From the IMG/VR virus record IMGVR_UViG_3300034374_005671, positions 19,370-83,369 of that record: 64,000 nt of DNA; one strand, written 5' to 3'. The notes beneath the pieces were generated by a model. The model was given only the letters and a program-made list of their open reading frames with translations, ran no database searches and was not told the DNA's origin. Of the stretch, positions 58,281 through 64,000 are shown in pieces. A program made the translations under genes and the position numbers. The first letter of the stretch is position 1, and every line of letters begins with the position of its first letter. This stretch comes from a virus.

Positions 58281-58937
58281 TTAAAGACTATTTAGTGACT
58301 TATCCAAATCATCTTCGTTAATTATTTCTCCACACCTTTGCAATTCATCTACATAGGTGACGTTTCCTATTGCTTCGGATAACCTATCAGCCAAGTCAGT
58401 ACAGCATTCATAATTATCATCATACAGCATATCCCCACTACCATTGTCAGCCATCGTTATCTCTACAAACTCAAACTTATTATCTTCCAATAACTTGAAC
58501 CATACGTTATAGTAAGGGTGAGGCGTGTGTTCTAACTCTTCTCCGTTCTGTATCTTAACCTCTCCTGCGATTTGGCAACCACTTTCCTCATACTCCAAAG
58601 TAAAAGATAGGTTAGGAAATGTTTTAGAGATAGATAAAATAAACTCTACATTAGGTGACCAAGCCGTATCATAAGCTATTCGATAGTAATCATCATCTCT
58701 TGCACTCTCATAACTACTTACAGAATCTACGTCCCACTTAGTACCCCAATGAGATACTCTCCATTCGTACCAATCATCTCTTAGTTCTTCTCCACCCTTG
58801 TCTGTCTGTTTTCTTGGAGTAGGCATAAAACTTTCCATACAAAAGTTACCACCACTCAAGTCAATTATTCTGTAGAACTCAGACATATGTTCTTTAGTCC
58901 CACACACTTCTAAACTATTCCAACACCAATTCGGCAT
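58281..58937 (-). CDS. YubB/DUF1281-like ferredoxin-fold protein
   Basis: MPNWC.N, WY.WR...WGTKWD, DTAWSP and FP.L.F.L.YEE.G motifs. Confidence 0.8.
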   Translation of the reverse strand: MPNWCWNSLEVCGTKEHMSEFYRIIDLSGGNFCMESFMPTPRKQTDKGGEELRDDWYEWRVSHWGTKWDVDSVSSYESARDDDYYRIAYDTAWSPNVEFILSISKTFPNLSFTLEYEESGCQIAGEVKIQNGEELEHTPHPYYNVWFKLLEDNKFEFVEITMADNGSGDMLYDDNYECCTDLADRLSEAIGNVTYVDELQRCGEIINEDDLDKSLNSL

Positions 58938-58954
58938 AATCTTTTTATTTAAAT

Positions 58955-59257
58955 TTATTGAAAAAATATGAACTCATCACTTGGATTACTATTCCTCCAA
59001 GTATCTATAGCATCTTCTTGGATACGCACCTCTTCCTTTGGCTCTTCCAAAGGCAAGGAATCGGGCATCCCCTCGTAATACAAGTCGGGACAATCACTCA
59101 AAGCCATATGCTCCCCACAATCGTGACATACGATATGCTCTGCACCCATTCTATGAATCAAGATAGTACCACAATTACCACACGATACGATGTTAAGTCC
59201 TTTGGACTGCATCTCTAACTGCAATTTTACTTGCTCTGTTTTAAGTTTTTTACTCAT
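58955..59257 (-). CDS. Zn-ribbon hypothetical protein
   Basis: N.V.CGNCG...H......C..C......CPDL. The start is probably ATG 59257. Confidence 0.55.
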   Translation of the reverse strand: MSKKLKTEQVKLQLEMQSKGLNIVSCGNCGTILIHRMGAEHIVCHDCGEHMALSDCPDLYYEGMPDSLPLEEPKEEVRIQEDAIDTWRNSNPSDEFIFFQ

Positions 59258-59259
59258 TG

Positions 59260-59766
59260 TTACCAACTTGCTTGATATGAATAACTTGCATTGTGACCAA
59301 CAATCGAATGCTCTTCGATAATCTTACCGAACACCTCAACTGCTTCCTTCACATCTCTCTCATACCACTCATCTATATCAGTACTACCAAAGAAGAAACC
59401 TTCTTTTGGTGGTAGCGTTTGACCTGCGATAACCTTGTCCCCAATACTAAGACTCTCTTTAACTAAAGATAATGCTTCGTGTATCTGTATTAGGTCATCT
59501 ATATCTAAGTAGATAACTTGACATTCATCTACACCCCCACCAAAGTTGTCTACTACGTATGAGTGAAGAGCATTGAACTTTCTAAACTCTCCGAAGAGTT
59601 CTTCGATATACCGAACATTCTTTAGGTTTACGTGTGAAAGGTCAGCATCATCAATTTTAAGTTCCATGTTGTTGACATCTCGCTCACCCCATCTACCATC
59701 ACTATCTCTAGTGTCTTTAAATTTACTGACGTAAGTACGTCTTGAAAAATACATATCTAATCCCAT
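59260..59766 (-). CDS. Conserved phage protein (MGLDMY family)
   Basis: MGLDMY...RKFNALH...LP..EGFFFGST..DEWY...Y.ASW. Confidence 0.7.
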   Translation of the reverse strand: MGLDMYFSRRTYVSKFKDTRDSDGRWGERDVNNMELKIDDADLSHVNLKNVRYIEELFGEFRKFNALHSYVVDNFGGGVDECQVIYLDIDDLIQIHEALSLVKESLSIGDKVIAGQTLPPKEGFFFGSTDIDEWYERDVKEAVEVFGKIIEEHSIVGHNASYSYQASW

Positions 59767-59782
59767 TGTTTCTAATTTTACT

Positions 59783-59827
59783 CTAAGTTAATACTTTTAA
59801 TGTTACCAAATTGTTAAGAAATCTTAA
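59783..59827 (-). promoter_or_regulatory. Early promoter, TTAACA direct-repeat class
   Basis: TTAAGA-TTTC-TTAACA, then 21 bp, then TAACTTAG, upstream of ATG 59766. Confidence 0.6.
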
Positions 59828-59835
59828 AACTTTCA

Positions 59836-60153
59836 TCAAGAGTACTCAAATTTGTTAACGTGTTCCTCGTACTTGTTTACAACTCTATTAAGTGATTTTG
59901 TTATCCACTTATACTCGAAATTATCTCGGTCATCCATATGGTTGACGTAGTGATTTATTAAAGAGTGTTCCCCACGTTTAAGAACTTCTGCAATTTGCAT
60001 TTGAGTAAACCCTAATCTATGGTAAAGTATTTGCGATAAAGCAATACGAACATCTACTATTTCACGCTTACGTGATTTACCTAATATATCTTTCTTGTGA
60101 TATCCTTCCCTCTCTATCTCTTCCCATAGAGAACTAATTAACTTATCAGTCAT
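59836..60153 (-). CDS. Stand-alone DnaA domain IV-like HTH protein
   Basis: DILGKSRKREIVDVR.....I.....G.T...IA..L.R.EHS.I.H matches the Bac_DnaA_C pattern. Confidence 0.7.
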   Translation of the reverse strand: MTDKLISSLWEEIEREGYHKKDILGKSRKREIVDVRIALSQILYHRLGFTQMQIAEVLKRGEHSLINHYVNHMDDRDNFEYKWITKSLNRVVNKYEEHVNKFEYS

Positions 60154-60175
60154 TTCTTTTTATTTAAAATTAACA

Positions 60176-60667
60176 TTACCACCAACTTGGTGCTTCTCTT
60201 CCTCTCTCCCACTTAGCAAAGCGTGACTTATCTACTTTGTAGTAAATACGATACGCAAGAACTACGTTAGGTTGTCTACATTCATTGGGCATCGCTTGAG
60301 CAAAGTCAGTCAACTCCCCTTGAGGAATCAAGTCTGCCAACTCTCCCATCATACGGATACCATCCTCACAATAGTGAGGTTTATTGTATCTAAGTTTAAA
60401 CTCTTCGCACAACGCTAACCCATGTTGTACTGCCCATCTAAAATTATCTCGGCTATCTCCTACCCATCGTGTACAAGGATGATTGTGGTAGCCACCTTTC
60501 AATGGTGTACCACCTTTGGTTGTTGGCATAACATCGTCTGTTGCACCATACCTACGCAAGGCAGAGCCTATCTGCTGATATAACTCCACGACCATCTTAG
60601 GTACGTGCTTGTCGCAATGCATCCTTGCAGATACAATTGGGTCTTTGTGTAGTACAAATATATTCAT
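60176..60667 (-). CDS. Pyrimidine-dimer DNA glycosylase (DenV/endonuclease V-like)
   Basis: MNIF.L..DP...A..HCDKHV.KM..E..Q, H.NHPCT.W, E...RY.K.H, F.QAMP and AYR.YY. Confidence 0.75.
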   Translation of the reverse strand: MNIFVLHKDPIVSARMHCDKHVPKMVVELYQQIGSALRRYGATDDVMPTTKGGTPLKGGYHNHPCTRWVGDSRDNFRWAVQHGLALCEEFKLRYNKPHYCEDGIRMMGELADLIPQGELTDFAQAMPNECRQPNVVLAYRIYYKVDKSRFAKWERGREAPSWW

Positions 60668-60669
60668 CT

Positions 60670-60984
60670 CTATTCTTTCTCTAAAGATACATAATTTTTA
60701 ATAAATCCTACTACTGCATCGTAGACATCTTCTATGTGTGCGTAAGGAATAATATCCATTAGATACTCTCGGTATTCGTTCTCCCGATACTTTTCATCTC
60801 GTGTTATTTTACCTACTACGGGCATTAACCAATCCCAAGACTCGTGATAGTTGAGTTGGCTCTCCATATATCCTTGCTCGTAGCCGATACCATGCAATCG
60901 CATTTCTTCCAAATTTTTTAAGTATTCTTCATCGGATTTGTATTCCACTCCCATAAAGTCTGCTATTAGTTTATTTTCTTTCAT
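60670..60984 (-). CDS. Conserved phage hypothetical protein
   Basis: NKLIA.FMG...YH.SWDWLMPVV.KI...VY.AVV.FI pattern. Confidence 0.6.
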   Translation of the reverse strand: MKENKLIADFMGVEYKSDEEYLKNLEEMRLHGIGYEQGYMESQLNYHESWDWLMPVVGKITRDEKYRENEYREYLMDIIPYAHIEDVYDAVVGFIKNYVSLEKE

Positions 60985-61174
60985 CTTGAATTTGTTTTAA
61001 AATAATTTGTTTATTATCGTTTGACAAGTCTGCAATCGCTACAACCTCTTCGTTTCCGTACAAGTCATCAATTGCTTCTTGCTTGTTGCCAAAGATGATT
61101 ACCTCTCCACTCTCCTCAAAACGTAGCATTCTATCGTTTGCTCTGTCGTAAATTACATATTCGTTACTCTGCAT
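60971..61174 (-). CDS. Hypothetical protein (67 aa)
   Basis: Coupled ORF. Confidence 0.5.
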   Translation of the reverse strand: MQSNEYVIYDRANDRMLRFEESGEVIIFGNKQEAIDDLYGNEEVVAIADLSNDNKQIILKQIQDERK

Positions 61175-61176
61175 CT

Positions 61177-61716
61177 TTAAGCGTTTATCTCTTTTAAATA
61201 CTCTATGTAACTATCAAGGAATGCAATCCTCTCGGCATCATCTGTCAAGTACAATTTAATTAACTCTTCCAACTCTTCCTCTGAAATTAGATTATTACCT
61301 AAATCAAATTCGTAATAGTGCATCAATCGTTCACGTAGAACAATTGCATCTGTCACTTGTGATGACTCCTTTGCAATACGTTTGGCATAATCCATTACCA
61401 TAATTTCATCGTGATGCAGTAAGGCTTCTGCTAAGGAATCTTTTAACGAAGATATTATGTGTGTTGCACTTGCTACGGAACTGCATACTTTTCTTGCAAT
61501 AAAGAAGACACATCTCCAAGACCTATAGAGTGAATCTACTGACTGCCATTTGTCATCTGTAGTATGGCTTAAATCATAAGTAAATTCAGAATCCTCAATA
61601 ATGCATTCCCAACCCTTATCTTCGTTATACCTTAGTGGCACACCAATCACTCTTAGTAGTGCTAAATCCTCTCGGTAATCAATGCTTTCTTTTGTGTAGT
61701 TTGCTACGTATCCCAT
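61177..61716 (-). CDS. Hypothetical protein (179 aa)
   Basis: First gene after the promoter at 61737-61781. Confidence 0.55.
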   Translation of the reverse strand: MGYVANYTKESIDYREDLALLRVIGVPLRYNEDKGWECIIEDSEFTYDLSHTTDDKWQSVDSLYRSWRCVFFIARKVCSSVASATHIISSLKDSLAEALLHHDEIMVMDYAKRIAKESSQVTDAIVLRERLMHYYEFDLGNNLISEEELEELIKLYLTDDAERIAFLDSYIEYLKEINA

Positions 61717-61736
61717 ATTTTCTAACTTTGTTTTAA

Positions 61737-61781
61737 CAAATATACTAATAAAATGTGAATTATTCTGTTAAGATGTGTTAA
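61737..61781 (-). promoter_or_regulatory. Early promoter, TTAACA direct-repeat class
   Basis: TTAACA-CATC-TTAACA, then 21 bp, then TATATTTG. Confidence 0.7.
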
Positions 61782-61805
61782 AAACCCCACCCACTACAGG
61801 TGGGG
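61780..61805 (-). terminator. Intrinsic terminator
   Basis: CCCCACC-TGTAGTG-GGTGGGG followed by T5 on the - strand, just after the stop at 61826. Confidence 0.7.
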
Positions 61806-61825
61806 CAAAACACAGAAAAAACAAA

Positions 61826-62794
61826 TTAACTAAAATTCTCTTCGATATGCTCTGCTTCGATAGTCACTGCATCTTCTTTAGATATCTTATCAAATAGATA
61901 GTATATAGCATATGATTCGATTAACATATCTCTACCCTTTAACTCGCCATCAGTTATCTCTATGCGATAACTTTTGATATCGCCATCTCGCTTATTCGTT
62001 TTAAGTAATTTAAAAGAATGACCTCCACTTATACGCCAATCCCTTGCTTCCAATCCAAAATACTTATCAGTACCTAACTGAGTAGGTACAAATATCTCGT
62101 GACCTTCTTGGAACTTTTCCATCAATGCATTTCTTACCATTGCCTCAGCACTACTACTAAACTCGCTTGGAATATCTACTTTGTACTTAGAAAGAGTTCC
62201 CTTACACGCAATAAAATGATTGTACTGAATTTTTAAATCAAATAAAAAACTATCTATTTCGCTTTTCTTACTGCGAATGAACTCGAATACTTTTATTCTT
62301 GATTCTAAGAACTCTATGTTATCATCGTAATCAAAAAACTTTCTATCGTCTTTGCTCGAACTTAATTTAGGTAAATCCATTTTCACTTCGAACAAAGGTT
62401 TAGCACCCTCAAAACTAGTGCCTTTGTGAGGAGTACGCAGTACAATAGTTAAATCAGAGTGCCACATTGGGTCTTTACCACACGTAAATGTAACCTCCAT
62501 GTATTTGTATCTGTAATCAGTTTCTATCAAGAACCTCTTGTCATCTGAAGAACCATCAGCAACACATCCTAAGATATCAAAAATTAACTCTTTGAAAATG
62601 TCTGTGAACGTATCTTTTGCCCAATCGTTAAGGGATATACGCTCGTCCCATATCTTATCACTAATCCTTTGATTAGCCATTTCCATTGTATGACCTTGTC
62701 TTAGTCGGTCATTCATATCGTCTATCTCAGACGATGTAAATAGGTTCATATTCAATTCCCCTAATCCTTCTGTTATCAGTTTTAAGTTTTCCAT
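61826..62794 (-). CDS. Hypothetical early protein
   Basis: Long ORF. Start moved to ATG 62794 because the -7 box lies at 62820-62827. Confidence 0.6.
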   Translation of the reverse strand: MENLKLITEGLGELNMNLFTSSEIDDMNDRLRQGHTMEMANQRISDKIWDERISLNDWAKDTFTDIFKELIFDILGCVADGSSDDKRFLIETDYRYKYMEVTFTCGKDPMWHSDLTIVLRTPHKGTSFEGAKPLFEVKMDLPKLSSSKDDRKFFDYDDNIEFLESRIKVFEFIRSKKSEIDSFLFDLKIQYNHFIACKGTLSKYKVDIPSEFSSSAEAMVRNALMEKFQEGHEIFVPTQLGTDKYFGLEARDWRISGGHSFKLLKTNKRDGDIKSYRIEITDGELKGRDMLIESYAIYYLFDKISKEDAVTIEAEHIEENFS

Positions 62795-62819
62795 TTTTTC
62801 TGTTGTTTTTTTTCTGATG

Positions 62820-62864
62820 TAAATATACAAATTATTCCGATGGGTGTTTGTTAAGAAATGTTAA
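62820..62864 (-). promoter_or_regulatory. Early promoter, TTAACA direct-repeat class
   Basis: TTAACA-TTTC-TTAACA, then 21 bp, then TATATTTA. Confidence 0.7.
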
Positions 62865-62947
62865 AGCAAAATAAAACTAAGTAAAAACATTCCACCCAAA
62901 GCAATTATACCTAATATCATTAGTGCTTCAAAGACCTTGTAACTCAT
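62861..62947 (-). CDS. 28-aa hydrophobic peptide
   Basis: Translated by hand as MSYKVFEALMILGIIALGGMFLLSFILL, after an A-rich leader. Confidence 0.4.
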   Translation of the reverse strand: MSYKVFEALMILGIIALGGMFLLSFILL

Positions 62948-62967
62948 TTCTTTTTATCTAAAATTAT

Positions 62968-63132
62968 TTAATCGACTATCGTGTAGCCTTTTTCCCAAAG
63001 AAGATAGTCGTAGTAAGACTCGTCAAAGTCCTCCCAATTTTCATTCGTATCTTCGACCAAATTGTTTTTTACTGCCATATCCCACGCTTCATTACGCATC
63101 TCTTGATATGTACTCATTGATATTTCCTTCAT
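62968..63132 (-). CDS. Small acidic early protein
   Basis: The start is probably ATG 63132, downstream of the -7 box at 63153-63160. D/E/Y/W-rich. Confidence 0.5.
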   Translation of the reverse strand: MKEISMSTYQEMRNEAWDMAVKNNLVEDTNENWEDFDESYYDYLLWEKGYTIVD

Positions 63133-63152
63133 GTTTTCTAATGTTGTTTTCA

Positions 63153-63197
63153 CAAATATAGTAATAAAATGTGAATTGATTTGTAAAAAAATGTTAA
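63153..63197 (-). promoter_or_regulatory. Early promoter, TTAACA direct-repeat class
   Basis: TTAACA-TTTT-TTTACA, then 21 bp, then TATATTTG. Shares 24/25 bp (AATTCACATTTTATTAnTATATTTG) with the 61737 promoter. Confidence 0.7.
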
Positions 63198-63211
63198 CGA
63201 CTCTTTTTTAT

Positions 63212-63430
63212 TTAAAATTTAATGTTGTGGACTTCCTCCACGAACTTTGAAAAGCAAGAGTCGTGACGTTCCATCATGCCCATCTTAACCTCGTCATCTG
63301 TAGGTACATAGTTACCCAACCACTTGTGGTAACCATCTTCTCCCCAAAACGGAACAAAGTAAGTATCTTTATTGGCATCTATTAACTTAAAATGGTGTGA
63401 GCCATTATGTATAACTAAGTACTTTACCAT
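63212..63430 (-). CDS. Hypothetical early protein (72 aa)
   Basis: ATG ORF after an A-rich leader. Confidence 0.5.
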   Translation of the reverse strand: MVKYLVIHNGSHHFKLIDANKDTYFVPFWGEDGYHKWLGNYVPTDDEVKMGMMERHDSCFSKFVEEVHNIKF

Positions 63431-63439
63431 TATTTCTTT

Positions 63440-63649
63440 TTATTTAGTTTTAAATATGATAGGTAAAAAGTCGTAAATTGCTTTGTGGTCTAAATCACTT
63501 AATTTACTATACCATTCCTCAGAAAGTACATCATACTTTAGAGAGGTAGGACAATCCAAGTCAACACTACCATTTGCATATGATGGATATACCACACCAT
63601 TGTCAAGGTCTAACCAACTGCCTACCGATTTTAATTCATGTAATTTCAT
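63440..63649 (-). CDS. Hypothetical early protein (69 aa)
   Basis: ATG ORF, first gene of the - arm in this window. Confidence 0.5.
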   Translation of the reverse strand: MKLHELKSVGSWLDLDNGVVYPSYANGSVDLDCPTSLKYDVLSEEWYSKLSDLDHKAIYDFLPIIFKTK

Positions 63650-63725
63650 TTTCTTTTCTGTTTAGTTTTTTTGTTTGTACCCAACCCCTCCGAAGAGGGG
63701 ACTGAGTATGTAATTTTATTTGACT

Positions 63726-63757
63726 GCAATCTACAAAGACTTTTTTTAATATCCAAA
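63726..63757 (-). promoter_or_regulatory. Bacteroidetes-type promoter (TTTG-N20-TAGATTGC) with downstream UUCG hairpin (63685-63700)
   Basis: TTTGGATA -33 element identical to those at 41887 and 50366. The leader contains a CCCCTC-TTCG-GAGGGG hairpin. Confidence 0.45.
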
Positions 63758-64000
63758 AATAATTTTAAAAAATTCGGGCAGAGGATTTTCCTCCATAGAA
63801 AGAAACACGCACACACGCACGTAATATATAATAATAAACCATATAACCAAATATATATAGATAAGTTATCCACAATTCTCTCTATGCTCATATCTCAGAC
63901 CTCCGTGTGTGGTAGTTCCAAAACACCCCATAATGCTCTTAAAACGCATCTATGAGCCTCTCAAGGCATTTTAAACTATGCAAGTAATCGTCTATATTTA

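Noticed and set aside
36989-63955. Plus-strand ORFs within the replication/early arm (for example 42183-42800, 38488-38871, 63671-63955)
   Set aside because: They are antisense to well-supported genes or overlap promoter elements, and have no recognisable features.
1-64000. Stop-codon reassignment (TAG/TGA) as seen in some Crassvirales
   Set aside because: Genes up to 10 kb are open in the standard code, TAG and TGA end well-defined genes, and the tRNA anticodon is UCU, not CUA.

Overview
This window is about 64 kb of a lytic, AT-rich dsDNA phage genome. It has a Crassvirales-like or Flavobacteria-podovirus-like layout, and the host is probably a Bacteroidetes bacterium, judged from TTTG-N20-TAnnTT promoters and Bacteroidetes-type primase and M23 genes. 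There are two convergent arms. The + arm (1-36.8 kb) carries a tail stabilisation/nozzle-like protein and seven very large putative internal-virion (cargo/ejection) proteins. The - arm (36.8-63.7 kb) carries a DnaB helicase, amidase endolysin, M23 peptidase, family A DNA polymerase, SF2 helicase, HNH nuclease, SET-domain protein, class Ia RNR (nrdA/nrdB), SSB-like protein, PD-(D/E)XK nuclease, toprim primase, transglycosylase, tRNA-Arg(UCU), a DenV-like glycosylase and many small early genes. Five observations stand out. (1) Four consecutive cargo proteins are punctuated by about 25 copies of a short [QE]xGG / Q[DN][AG] motif that brackets discrete cassettes. (2) One cassette is a polymorphic-toxin-type pre-toxin hairpin followed by an ADP-ribosyltransferase-like domain. 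(3) The 3352-aa protein has two GrpE-like modules and a J-domain-like module. (4) A homing-endonuclease plus RHH-repressor cassette has swapped the 3' end of the polymerase gene. (5) Four early promoters have a TTAACA-N4-TTAACA repeat at a fixed 21 bp from the -7 box. All family assignments come from motif recognition by eye; no searches were run.
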